In this document: piece by piece, positions 37,796 to 51,989 of the stretch
How the letters are laid out: every line of letters starts with the position of its first letter
Numbering within the stretch: position 1 is the first letter of the stretch
Assembly: GCA_951406725.2 (NCBI GenBank)
Contig: OX597831.1
Span: 48,360,001 to 48,424,000, forward strand
DNA: 64,000 nucleotides
Direction: 5' to 3'
DNA from: Octopus vulgaris
Lineage: Eukaryota
Notes under the pieces: model-generated
Told to the model about the DNA's origin: nothing
Database searches by the model: none
The model's input: the letters and a program-made list of their open reading frames with translations, nothing else
Made by a program: the position numbers and the translations under genes

Positions 37796-39536
37796 ATAAT
37801 AATAATAATTTCTTTTCTTTGCTATTAGAGCAGCAGATGAGTAGTACATGCAAAGTCAGGTTACAATTTGTGTGAGAGTTTAGGATAAAATCAGGTGTGA
37901 TAGGGGGAAAGGATGGGTGACAGGAGCAAGAATGAGATAAAAGGTATATGTAGTATACAAATTATATAAATAAATGGATGCTGCAGTCCATCTGATACTG
38001 GAAAGCATCCAACTAAAGTCAAATCAACAAACCCCAAAGCCCCAAGTTCACCCTGTCCACCAATGACACATGTCTTCACTCAAATGTTATTCTTGTTAGT
38101 CAATCTTTTATTCTTTCCTTTCTGTTAGTTTAGGACATGGCCATGATCTTGTCTCTCTCTTCTCTCAATCTCTCTCTTTCTCCCCATTGGTTATGACAAC
38201 AAGTGATTCAGCTGATTCGATCAACAGAACAGTCAGCTCGTGAAATCAATGTGCAAGTGGTTGAGCACTCCACAGACATATGTACCTTTAACATAGTTTT
38301 CAAGGAGATTCAGTGTGAGACAGTGTATGACAAGGCTGGCTCTTTGAAATACAGGTACTACTCATCTTTTCTAGCTGAGTGAACGGCAGCAATGTGAAAT
38401 AAAGTGTCTTGCTCAAGGACACAATGTGTCACTGGGAATTGAACTCATGAGCTTTTTGATCACGTGTCAAATACCCTAACCACTAAGTCACATACCTTCA
38501 CTAATTCTCTGAACATTCTATAGAAATAACCAAGGATTGATTAATAATTCAGAAATTCAGAATTTTGTACTTAGAATACTAATAACATAGATTCACATAA
38601 CTATAGCTTTTTACATAAACAAATGGCAAATTTGTGAATGAAAGAAAAACTCTTGGCATATTTATATGGTCACTCAACTTAACAAGGCATTGCAGCTGAA
38701 TCTTCTTCAAATTACACCCTACCTTCTTGAAAAAAATTCAGGGCAGATTTTTTAGTTTTGAATATGTTTTGCAAAAATTTTGATTTGAAACTTTGTGTTT
38801 AAACTGTTATTGTTATATTTGGGAAGAATCATAATTAACAAAGCTTGTTAGTACACTCACCAGTTGTTGTTTGCCTATATTTCACTTTTATTCATTTTTT
38901 TCCCAATGCAGCTGATGGTTTTTTTATGTCCCCACAAAATATGTAGCAGAAAGTGTTTTGGGAGACATAAACAAACTGAACTACTTTGGAAAAAGGAGAA
39001 TTATTGCATAGTCTAACAAATGTGTGTTTATAGACTTTAAAAGTGATAAGACTTTGTGGTTAAGAAACTTGTTTGTATGTATGTATGTATGTATGTATGT
39101 ATGTATGTATGTATGTATGTATGTACGTCTGTCTTTCTGTGTATGTATGTATGTACGTACATACATCCGTCTGTCTTTCTGTGTGTGTGTTTCTGTTTTT
39201 ATATTTGTGATTGTCTCTAACCTACTGCTAAACAACTGATGTTTTTCCTTTTATGCCACTGTAACTTAGCAGGTTAGCAAAAGAAATTGATGAAATACGT
39301 TCCATACTTAAAACTTAAGTACAAATGTTAATTTGTGCAACTGAACTTTTCAAGGTGGTGCCCTAGCATGGCTACAGACCAGTAACTGTGAACAAGTGAA
39401 ATAAAGAAAATACATCAATAATGAAGAACAGGCAGTTGTTTTTTTTTTTCCTTTTGGTTTGAAGGAAGGGGTTTTATTGATGGCATTTGTAGTCTTTCAA
39501 ACAGCTTTCAGTTCAATGCTGTTATCATTTGGCTTA

Positions 39537-39754
39537 ATCCTTTCGTTACCAACCCGGCTGAAACCTACTCTGGCTCTGTAGTACAAATGACTTGTTTACA
39601 TAAGCTTTGAATTAAAATCTTCCCATAAACCTTAGTCACAATCTATGTTCCTAACACAAGCTTAATGATAAGTTATTTTACTAAATTCTTTGTTGTATTT
39701 AAAGTAATTGAAAGAAACACAGAGCATCTCAAAATAAATATTGTAACAAAAGTG
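39537..39754. mobile_element. piggyBac-like MITE (same family as 23296-23644)
   Basis: ttaa|tcctttcgttaccaacccggctgaaacc ... gtaacaaaagtg|ttaa. Confidence 0.75.
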
Positions 39755-40567
39755 TTAAACAGTTGCAAGTTGATGACTACTAGAAAAAAGAACGATGGGA
39801 AACAGTTTCCTACAAAAATGATGTCCTGGGGAAGAACTAAGTGAACTGGTTATTATGTCTAGCAAACAAAGGAATAGATAGTCATCGCTGGAATGCCTGT
39901 GGTCATAGGTCTGCTCAAAATTTATGTCTGATTTGAAATCAGAGCTCACTTGCAGATAATGAACGACAACCACTGCAGCAACAACAATTACAACAGATTT
40001 ATTAATGCAGTAAACTTTCAAAGAACTTCCATATCAACATCAATATACTTTGTTGAATAAGTTTCATATTAATCAAAAGAATAATCTTTATGACATCTGC
40101 AAGGCTTACATCATCTGTTTGTCTGGACAAACAGAGGAACTATGTGCAGTGGTGTGTGTGATAGGCGTCATTGTTGAAAGGCGACTCCCTTATCTTCTTC
40201 TCTTTTTACTACTCTCCTTTCTCTCCTCTATCTACAGGTCACTGAGCTATAGATCCTATGTCACATCAGTAATAAAAAAGAAAACAAAAAAAAAACTTAA
40301 GCATTTTTGTTTTTGAAGATGTCATTTACAACAAAGATTCAAAAAGTTTCTCTGGCTTCTATTGCTGCAAAACTAGCAGCAGCACTATCAGCAGCTGTAG
40401 CAACAGCAGCAGCAGCAACAGCAGCAGTGACAGCAGTAACAACAAAAGCAGCAGCAATACACATCAAATATCACAATCTAAATTAACCTTTTTATTGAAA
40501 GCTTACCTTTATCAACCCCTCCTCCTACAGGAAACACATTATATGTATGTGTGTGTATATATATATG

Positions 40568-40603
<36 letters not shown>

Positions 40604-40673
40604 CACACACACACATAAATATATATATTTATACATGCAGATTATATATACTGATATATATATATATATACAT

Positions 40674-40743
<70 letters not shown>

Positions 40744-41268
40744 GCATGTATATGTATATATATATGTATATATTTATATTATACATACATACATACATAC
40801 ATACATACATACATACATACATACATACATACATACACATATACACATATACACATATATGTTTGTCAGATGACTATATCCACAGTTCTGATATGTATGG
40901 CTTATCAAATTTCTGGGTTTTTTTTGTTTTTTATTATAGTTTTTTGTTTATTTCTAATATTTATTGTTCTTGTTGCAGTTGTTAGATTTTTCTTTTTGTT
41001 TGTTTGTTTGCTTTTTGTTGCTTTTTGTTTTTTAGTTATTTTCTCCATGTTGCTTTAGTACACAATGGTGTATGTGTGTTCTTTAGTATGTACTGCCATC
41101 AGACTTCAAAAATGATATATTAACTGAATCAGAAAATACTGTTTTTCCATTTGAGATTTATTTGTGAATCTTTGTTATTTTTGATTTTTTTTGTTTCTTC
41201 TAGAATGTTACTTTATTTTTACTTTTTACAAAATCTCTGATACATTATTGGTATCATCATCATCATCA

Positions 41269-41300
<32 letters not shown>

Positions 41301-43914
41301 TGCAATGTGTGACCTTATTAAGGAACTTTCTATATGTCATTTAATTTTTTATGATCTGTTTTGAAGAAGTTTAGTGGCAGAGGTTGAGGGTGAAGTAGTT
41401 GGTGTGTATTTCTATATTTGTATTGTTGTTGTTGTTGTTTTTTCACTCATTCTGCCCCACCACCACCACGATCACCACCACCTCCACATATATGCTCCAC
41501 GCCTTCCCCGACCTTTTTGGCTCGCCTTGGGTTGTTTGCTCATGTAATATGTATACTGACAAACTGTCATCTATGCATGCACTTTCACACACCTACTCTC
41601 ATACCTATTAAATATCATTGAAAAATAACTTCTTACAAAGTAACTTACCCAATATTTGATTGAATACAGTCTACAGAAAGAAAGAGCAGTTGTTTACTTT
41701 TGCTGGTTCCATTCACTGGGCTGCTGTAGCCATGCTAGAGCACCACATTTCTATAGTATAGTTGATTGCATCAACTACACCACCACCACCACCACCACCA
41801 TCACCACTATCACCATCATTACTTATTTTATCTCTGTAGTTAGTTGGCAGAGTTATTAGAGCAGTGGATAAAATGTGCTGCTGTATTCGTCCTGTCTCTC
41901 TCTCTGCAATCTGAGTTCTAATCTTGTAGATAATACCTCCAACTTTCATCCTATTTTTTTTTGTATGTTGATATGAAAGTTCTTTGAAAGTTTACTGCAT
42001 TAATAAATCTGTTGTAATTGCTGTTGTTGTGGTTGCTGTCGATTATCTGTGAGTTCTGAGTTCCAGCCAGACTTAATGTTGAGCAGACCCATGACCAAAA
42101 TCGTTCCAGCTATGAGCAAAATACTTAGTGGCATTTCGTCTGTCTTTACATTCTGAGTTAAAATACTGACTGGATCATCTTTGCCTTTTATCTTTTCGGG
42201 ATCAATATGTGTGCGACATGGTGACCCCATATCAAAATAAATAGTGCACAATCTTGCAGGTGGGGGCCCAGTTAAAATTTTTCTTCAGGTCAAGAAGCCC
42301 ATCTCACTCAAAAGGTCCCTGAATAAGGTTTGCTTACAGAGAATGGACAAAACACCTATATTTCCAGAGATTAATTATTCAAATCCCAAAGAATTCCTCT
42401 CAGCACATGGCTATGGTGCTTCTCCACTATTCCTACTTTTGTTCAGAGATGCACATATCATCAGCCACTAAGGGACATGCTCAATTGGTTATGGTCAAGC
42501 AACTGACAAGCCAATCTGTGGTATAGAGTAGAATATTTGCTACAGCCCAAGACATAGCATGTACACGTTAACATTTCCAATCAGTTAAAATCAGAAGCCA
42601 TTAGAGTCAATAACTGATACTGCACAAGGACATTTATTATCATTATTATTATTTAAGGTGGCAAGCTGGCAGAATCATTAGCATGCTGAGTGAAATGCTG
42701 AGCAGTATATCATCTGCTACTATGTTCTGAGTTCAAATTCCACCAAGGCCAACTTTGCTTTTCATCCTTTCGAGGGTCGATAAATTAAGTACAAGTGAAA
42801 TACCGGGACCTTGTGTCTATAGTAGAAAGGCTTATTATTATTACTATCATTATTTTACTAGTTTTTGAATTCTGCATGGGGTAGTCAAAGTAATTAGTTG
42901 GCAGATTGTAAATCTACTTATAAATATTTACTTTCTCCTGGTTTCATATTTTAGTAACAATATCAAATTGTTTTTATATGGATAAAATATTGGATCCTTC
43001 ATCAGATCTGACAATGATCATTTAGTTGTTTGATCAACTGGGCTCCAACTCATTAAAATGTGTGAGCGGCAAAGTATTCTACAGACATTTTTACCCTTAA
43101 TTTAATAATGCTCAAGGCAAGCCAATGAGATACCATGTGACCTTTGAATTATAGCTTCAAGCCTCCTTGCTTTATATAATTAAACATTAACTCAACGATA
43201 TTTCTTTGTCATGAAGGTGGAATCTAAAACTAATTCATTCTCTGAATATTAGCAAGACTTCCTTACATTAGGCAGCCAGTCTGACAATCAATTCATTCTA
43301 TGCTTGTTTGTGCAACAACAGGTAGCGGTTCTCCGCCAACGTTCTCAATCAGTTGCATGTTCTATGCTTTCCTGGTGTCTCTTGACTGTCTTCATTTTGA
43401 AAATGTTCAGTATTATATTGCCCGTGGTCTTTCTCATTTTTTTCTTTCCTTCTACTTAGGTCCATTTCCATGCCATTCTTTCAAATAATCTGGTGATTGC
43501 AGGATGTGACCAGCAAGTCTCATTCTTTGTTTCATTTTCATGTCTTGGAGTCTTCAATGATAACACCTTCTCTTCATAATCATTCTAATGAAGTAAAATG
43601 CTTATTTATTTTGATTAACTTTTAAAATAACAACAAAAAGTCATAGGACTTTAATGCCATGACTTAGCTTCTCCATTTCTAATATGGCACTTTTACCAAA
43701 CTGGACAAAAAGCTTAGAGGCATTTCTTCTGACTCATTGCATTCTGAGTTCAAATGTTATCGATGTTGACTTTACTGTTCATCCTATCGGGGTCATTTAA
43801 ATAAGTACCACTTGAGCACAGGGAGTTGGTTTAACTGGCTAGACCCCTCCCTCAAAACTTCAGGTCATGTGCTTACAATAGAAAGGATTAATATCCTGAT
43901 GTCTGAAAACCATT

Positions 43915-44075
43915 GGTGTGGGTGCTGGTGCCATGTAAAAAGCACTGGGTATGGTGCCATGTAAAAAGCCCAGGGGATAATGCCGCATAAAATACACTGG
44001 GGATGGTGCCATGCAAAAAGTACTGGGAATGGTGCCATGTAAAAAGTACAGGGGGTGGTGCCATGTAAAAAGCAC
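43915..44075 (+). repeat. Tandem ~22-bp units (tggtgccatgtaaaaagcac..) x6
   Basis: Direct reading; the unit resembles the gtggcacgtaaaaagcac motif of the RTE 3' UTR. Confidence 0.8.
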
Positions 44076-45065
44076 ATGAATGACCATGGGTTACACCTAG
44101 AAATTTCCCCTTTGAGGCACAAGTCCGGGCAAGGTTATTTATGAAAGACTGGTTGTTGCCCATGCATACCAGCCTTCCCCCTCCATTACTCTGATGTTAT
44201 CCAAGAGAAAGGCATTTGCTGATAAAGTTTGGCACCAGTGACATCACATCTCATTTCTACAGCTGAGTGAACTGGAGCAACATAAAATAAAGTATCTTGC
44301 TCAAGAACACAACACACAGCCTTGTCCAGGAATCAAACTCACTACTTCATGATTGTAAGCCTGATGGTCTAACCACTGAGCCATGAGCCATGCATCTTCA
44401 CATTTAAGCCTTCGCATATAAGTCACTAAAACCTATGGTGTCCATAGGACACAGAAACACAAAGATTGGTTTTGGTTCCAAAAAGATTAGAATCCGGAAT
44501 GCAGAAAAATAGCATTGAATATAGTTTAGCAATTACTCTGGAATTCCATCTTACCATTCTGTCAATCTACTACTCCACTACTCCATTCCATTCCACCACC
44601 TTTAAGTATGATCATAAGAGATAATAGTAATCCGATTTCTGTGTGTCCCTGCACCCCCTGCCATCACTTGGCACACTTTTGTTTTTGTAACTAGTCCCTG
44701 TAGCCTGTCTTTTCCTTTTTTTCTTTGTCTTTGTGCTAACAGAAGGAAAATCATCATCATCATCATCATCATCATTATCCTCATCGTCGTCATCATCATA
44801 GTCGTTATCGTCATCGTCGTCATCGTCATCATCTTCATCTCTATTGTTACTGTGTGTGTGTATGTGAATTTGTGAATGTGTGTGTATATATACATATATA
44901 TATGTATGTGTGTGTGTGTACATACATACACATGTTTGCATGTATGTGCACATGTAAATTTGTGTGAGTATCATTGCATGCATGTGTCAGTGTTCTTCTA
45001 CATATGCGTGTATGTGCTTGCATGTATGCTGACACATGTTTCTGCTTGCATGTATGTATGTATGC

Positions 45066-45100
<35 letters not shown>

Positions 45101-46296
45101 TGCAGAGATTATGTAGTCTGAGTTCGGATATCTTGGATTTGAAATTCCAATGAAAATTCCAAAGAAGCATTGAGATTGATTTATATTGAATATTTAATTT
45201 TAAAACCAACTACTGATAATTCTCTTGATGGCACAACGACTACCACGATAATGAGAAAATTAAAAATGGTACAATGATAGCATAGCTTAATATTTCTATG
45301 GCCAACGAATACATCTAATACTATCATGACACAATTTTCTAAGGCTAAACTTCATGAAAATTCCTCTTAAATCCCAAACTGAGATGCATTCTTTTATTCC
45401 TTTATTTGTTTCAGTTATTTGACTGCGGCCATGGTTGAGCACCGCCTGCAGTCAAACAAATCGACCCTAGGACTTATTCTTTGTAAGCCTAGTACTTATT
45501 CTATTGGTCTCTTTTGCCAAACTGCTGTATTACAGGGACATAAACACGAACGTTGACTATCAGCCATCTTTCTTTTCCTAACTTGAACTTCTTTCTTTCC
45601 TTTTGATCTGCCAGACATCACACGCAATCTTGTCTGTCTTCTCTCCTATCTTTTCTCTTGTTAAAGCTTGTTCCTCCAGCGTTCGCCACCTCACCTCATT
45701 ATGGCTTAGCAGCCCTTATTCTTTGTTTTTGTTACCAACTTTGACCCCACCCACAAATCCCAAATTTTATTTTGCTTTGCGGGAGAAACTGTTTCCTGAA
45801 GACACATCTTGTCGTAATTGCTCGAAATGGGGAGTAGATAAAACAGCTGACAACTGATAAAGGGTCGTTCTTTAAGTTACTCATCTTTTTTTCCATTTGT
45901 TTTTTTCGTTGTTCGCAAAAAAACTTGTATTCCATGTTTTCGTATTCCATGTTGTTTACATTTTATGACTTCCTGTACCCCTCTATGCATATGTATATAC
46001 ATATATATGCATGTATGTATATGTATGTATACATGCATATATATATGTATTATTTATAACATTATCTGATTGAATGCCATGCATCCATTTCCAAGTAAGT
46101 ATATATATGTATATATAAATTAGAAAAAAAACACCTTTTAATTATTATTATTATTAATTATATATATATGTATATAGGTGTAGAAGTGACTGTGTAGTAA
46201 GTAGCTTGCTTACGAACTGCATGGTAATATATATATTACAGAGATATACTTGCATAAGAGCAAGTGTTTTGATCTGAGATCATTAACTTCACTTAA

Positions 46297-46516
46297 CCCT
46301 TTAGCAATTAAACTGGCCATATCTGACCAAAATATTCTACCTGTTTTAGGTTCAAACTGGCCATATCTTGCCTCTCATACTTAACCTACAATGCCATTCT
46401 AAAAATAAATAGTTACGTGATCAACATTTCAAAGCTACAAGATAATGTATAATTAATTCCAAGCAATGTATATAAATAAACATCACATTTGACAGATTAG
46501 TCTGAATGCTAAAGTA
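46297..46516. mobile_element. piggyBac-like MITE (second family)
   Basis: ttaa|ccctttagca ... tgaatgctaaag termini; internal repeat aaactggccatatc x2. Confidence 0.6.
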
Positions 46517-46728
46517 GTAAACATTTATTGTTTGTGATATGGGGTCAAAATTTCATTACTCAGACTTAACTTGTTCTCTGTCAAAAAGAAGAATGCATGT
46601 AAATATTTTTGCTAATATCTCAATATATATCACGGTGGGGAGGGATATGTAACTGACTTACCCCCTCCCCTAAACTTATTGGTTTGTGCCAAAATTTGAA
46701 ACCAAGATATGAAAATATATTTACAATT

Positions 46729-46794
46729 ATCCTAACAATTCTGTTTTTCTTTTTCCAGGTAAGACATTTTTACTGTTCCCATTCTAAGGTACGT
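46729..46794 (+). promoter_or_regulatory. Second copy of the splice module; candidate micro-exon 46759-46788
   Basis: atcCTAACaattctgtttttctttttcCAG|GTAAGacatttttactgttcccattctAAG|GTACGT. Confidence 0.55.
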
Positions 46795-47386
46795 ATGCCT
46801 TTTTGGACTAAATGCAAAATAATTTATGAGTTTTTGTTTCTAAATCTAAAACTTAAATCAAACATTTCTTCTTTTTCAACTGAAATTTCCTCACAATATT
46901 TGAAAGTTCTCTGGGGCCTTAAAAAATATTTTTAGAAAATATGGATTTGGGCTGGTGTCTTCAAAGCAGTTGAAATGTTTGAACAACTGCAAGATGACAA
47001 ATGCCATTAAAATATGAGCAGGAAAAGAACTGCAGTAGGGTGAGTTTTGGTGGGAGTAAGGATTGAGTACTGAGTAGTGAGGCAAAGTGGGATGAATGGG
47101 GATGGTGGTCCATTCTGGTTGTACGTGCTTTTGTGGGGACAGTATTTTGGGGTTTGCTAAATAGGCCTGTATAGGAAGCAAGGAGGAGAGCACAGACTAA
47201 CTCAAGGGTTGTTCTGGGCAGTATACACTCTAGTTATGCTGCTAAGTATTGGTGCTAGTGTGAGTTTTAAAGGAGTAAGGGGACATGGGTGTCAAGAACA
47301 GGTGAGACAAAGGAGACAAGTGAGATAGTTAGGCCTTGTAGAGGCGGCATGAGAGAAGCTAACTCTGTGCCATGAAGGACATTGTA

Positions 47387-47589
47387 CTCTTTTCTACTCA
47401 AGGCACATTTTGGGGGAGGGGCCAGTCGATTAGATCGACCCCAATATGCAACTGGTACTTAATTTATCTACTCCCCAAAAGGATGAAAGGCAAAGTCAAT
47501 CTCGGTGGAATTTGAACTCAGAACATAAAGACAGACAAAATACCACTAAGCATTTCACCTGGCATGCTAATGTTTCTGCCAGCTCGCCT
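47387..47589 (-). mobile_element. Family B SINE with 17-bp TSD
   Basis: ccatgaaggacattgta occurs at 47370-47386 and 47590-47606. Confidence 0.9.
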
Positions 47590-49075
47590 CCATGAAGGAC
47601 ATTGTATTAGTAGCAGTAGAGAAGGCAGGGTGAGTAAACAGTATTTGAGTAAGAGGTTGTGTTGGAGAATTAGGTGACTGACTTCATGCCAATGACCTCA
47701 TTGGATTCAGGGTTTTATGTGCCTGGGCATGCAAGTGGTGGTGGTCATCATTGTCAAAACCTCCTGGACATTACTATCTCAAGTGAAAGGTGGCAAGCTG
47801 GCAAAAATATTAGCACGCCGGGCAAAATTCTTAATGGTATTTCGTCTGCCGTTACATTATGAGTTCAAATTCCACTGAGGACGACTTTGCCTTTCATCCT
47901 TTTGGGGTCAATAAATTAAGTACCAGTTACACACTGGAGTTGATGTAATCGACTTAATCCCTTTGTCCGTCCTTGTTTGTCCCCTCTATGTTTAGCCCCT
48001 TGTGGGCAATAAAGAAATAAAATTACTATCTTGAGTTCTAGGTCACATAAGGGTGGTTATCTGATTTCCATGATATACATGCGACCTGGTTCACAACATC
48101 CTTTGACCAGAACTCCAGTCTGTCACAGAGTTACTCATTTACAGCTGAAACAACAGGAGTAACTTGAAATGAAGCGTTTTGCTGAAAAACACTATGTACC
48201 AACCCTGTCTAGGAATTGAAACCATGGTCTTACAATCATGCGAACAACACTCTAACCACTAAGCCACATGCTTTCACAGGTGGTGGTGTGGTGAGTAGAT
48301 AAATATGTGATGGTGTGGGAGGGCTAATAAATATGTGATGGTGGTGGGGCAGATAGATATGAGATGGTGGCGGGGCAGATAGATATGAGATGGTGGCGGG
48401 GCAGATAAATATGTGGTGATGGAAGTGATGGAGAATGCAAGTAAAACAGAAATCCTGAAATCTATATGAAGAGAAAGAGAAATAGAAAATTACAAAGTCG
48501 AAGGAAAAGATATAGTGTGAGGTAAAGAATTAGTAACAGAAGAAAATAAGTTTGATGATAATGAATGGGAACGCTATATGAAATGATTGGTTTTAAAGAA
48601 TTTCATCATAGCAAAGAAAAAAATTAAATAAAGTGCAAACTTCAAGTACATGTTAAAAAGAAAATAGGTCCCGAGTGTATATTGTCTAAACTATTTCCAT
48701 CCAAAGAATGTAACATAGTTCAGTATAACCCCTCTCACTTTATTTTTTTCATGCTGCCCTTTAATAAAAAAAAAAAGTAAAAAGAAGAAGCCAAAACTTA
48801 AAATGAGAAACAAAAAATAAATAAGTAAAATAAACTGCTGTAGAAATGTACCATTCTATTTAAAGAATATCTTTATTCAATTATGGAAGATATTATCCCC
48901 CATAACAAAAAAAAATAATAATAATAATCAATCAGTTTCATTCTCTTGTTCCTTCTCTTGCAAAAGCACATTTCTATGTCTTATTTGTGTGTGTGTGTGT
49001 GTGCACGCATGCGTGTGTGTGTGTCATATATAGATATATATATATGATATGATATAATAAAATAGAATATATATA

Positions 49076-49126
<51 letters not shown>

Positions 49127-49452
49127 AGCCTGAGAAGTGTGAGGAAAGTTGGGAAGGATTACCCTTAATTTTTCAGGATCGAGCTTCTACTCATTTGTGC
49201 ATTTTCAATCTTGTAACAAACTTTTCACATTGTTATCCTTCTGGCCTTTCATGTTTACAAACTAGATAAACTTTTACGTGGTGTGTTTTTATTTCCTTTC
49301 ATTTCTTCCATAGTTTTCTTCATTTGCGTAGCCTCTGAACACAATTATTTTCAACCATATTGAAAATATATGTTTCATTTCAGCAGCGTGAATAATGTTT
49401 CTGTTGTTGATTAAGATATGTTTATGAAAATCCTTTTATTTTGAGTCGCTAG

Positions 49453-49700
<248 letters not shown>

Positions 49701-50204
49701 TTTTTGTTAATATTGTTTTCTCTTTTTTTTTTCAATTTTTCCTGTAACAAAAATATGAGAAATAATATAACTTCACAAGAGAAAGAAAAATAAAATCAAT
49801 CTTTTTATATATTCATATATTTAACTATTTATCTTGTAGTTTCTTTTTTCTTTTTCTTTTTTGTGCTGAAAACTAAAAGTAAATCATATCCTTAAGCATG
49901 TTTAATTTCCACATCATAGTACACATGCTGTATCCTAAAGTACAACACACGATATACTATATTAAACAACATTCTCATTCAAATTATATCTTTCCAATCT
50001 GAACCATGCAATATCAGTTTAAACAACACTGAACAAATATGGCTTCCAGCAAACAATATACCAAAATATTATCATTTATACCAAAATATACCATTATATT
50101 TATGATACCATATAACAGGTGAGGTGTTGATGTTTTATAAAAAGAGCCATATATGATTTTTTTATGTCCAACAGCTGTGACATATATATATTTTTAAAAT
50201 GATT

Positions 50205-50328
50205 TTCTATCTATCTATCTATCTATCTATCAATCAATCAATCTATCTATCTATTTATCTATCTATTAATCTATCTATCACTCTATCTATCAATCTATCT
50301 ATCTATCAATCTATCTATCTTTCTATTA

Positions 50329-50400
<72 letters not shown>

Positions 50401-50424
50401 CTATCTATCTATCTATCTATCTGC

Positions 50425-50458
<34 letters not shown>

Positions 50459-50470
50459 TGCTCTCTATCT
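50205..50470. repeat. (TCTA)n/(TCTG)n tetranucleotide tract
   Basis: Direct reading. Confidence 0.95.
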
Positions 50471-50542
50471 ATATTTGTCCTAAAACACAGTATTCTGGAG
50501 AAGCAGGCTCAAGGAAACTTAGAGATATGTGCATACACACAC

Positions 50543-51457
50543 ATCATCATCATCCTCATCGTTTAGCATCCGCTTTCCATGCTAGCATGGGTTGAACGGT
50601 TCAGCTGGGGTCTGGGAAGCCAGAAGGCTGCACCAGGCCCAGTTTGATCTGGCAATGTTTCTACGGCTGGATGCCCTTCCTAACGCCAACCACTCCATAA
50701 GTGTAGTGGGTGCTTTTTACGTGCCACCGGCATGGAGACCAGACAAAGCTGGCAACGGCCACGATCGGATGGTGGATTTTTATGTGCCACCGGCACGGGG
50801 GCCAGGCGAGGCTGGCAACGGCCACGAATGGATGGTGCTTTTTACGTACCACCGGCATGAGGCCAGTCGGGACGGCGCTGGCAACGGCCACGTTCGGATG
50901 GTTCTCTTACGTCCCACCGGCACTGGTAACTCAGCTGCAATTTCCATTGATCGATTTCGATTCTGATTCTCACTTGCCTCAACAGGTCTTCACAAGTAGA
51001 GTTTTGTGTCCCGAGAAGGGAAGGTATGCATAAGTGGACTGGCTACATCCCGTGTAGAAGGCCACAGGTTATGGTCTCACTTGTCCTGCCGGGTCTTCTC
51101 ATGCACAGCATACTTACAGAGGTCTCGGTCTCTAGTCATTTCCTCTGTGAGACCTAAAGTTCGAAGGTCATGCTTCACCACCTCGTCCCAGGTTTTCCTG
51201 GGTCTGCCTCTTCCACAGGTTCCCTCAACCACTAGGGTGTGGCACTTTTTCACACAACTATCTTCATCCATTCTCACCACATGTCCATACCAGCGCAAAC
51301 ATCTCTCTTGCACACCACATCTGATGCTTCTTAGGTCCAGCTTTTCTCTCAAGGTACTTACACTCTGTCGAGTATGAACACTGACATTACACATCCATCG
51401 GAGCATACTGGCTTCATTTCTTGCGAGCTTACGCATATCCTCAGCAGTCACGGCCCA
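50543..51457 (-). mobile_element. 5'-truncated RTE-clade LINE (ORF C-terminus + 3' UTR + (GAT)n tail)
   Basis: ORF 51077-51451: EASMLRWMCNVS..LREKLDLRSI..RCLRWYGHVVRM..GRGRPRKTW. The 3' UTR has 3-4 tandem ~60-bp units (50705-50925) and ends in a gat repeat at about 50545. Confidence 0.9.
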
Positions 51458-51649
51458 TCTATATTTATAATTTTCACATTTCTATTGAGCCCTTGTACAC
51501 ACAAACACATACACACACACACACATATCTATATATATATATATATAAAATAATAAAGGTAGCCAGATGCAATTTAAAACCCAAAAGGAAATAATTCACC
51601 TATGAAAGCATAAGATCTTCAGGCAAATTATGGCATAACCAGCCTAAAA

Positions 51650-51719
<70 letters not shown>

Positions 51720-51789
51720 GTATATATATAGTGGGACCGAACCTGTAACCATGCAATTAGGAAGCAAGCTTCTTACCACACACCCACTC

Positions 51790-51827
<38 letters not shown>

Positions 51828-51989
51828 GAGTGGGTATGCGGTAAGAAGCTTGCTTCATAATCGCATGGTTACAGTTTCGGTCCCACTGTGAGGCACCTTG
51901 GACAAGTTTCTTCTACTGTAGCCTCTGGCTGATCCAAGCCTTGTGAGTGCATTTGGTAGATGGAAACTGAAAGAAGCTTGTCGTATATA

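Noticed and set aside
43915-44075. Regularly repeated ~20-bp motif with short variable linkers (CRISPR-like look)
   Set aside because: Linkers are only a few nt, the context is eukaryotic and there are no cas genes; it is a retroelement-derived minisatellite.
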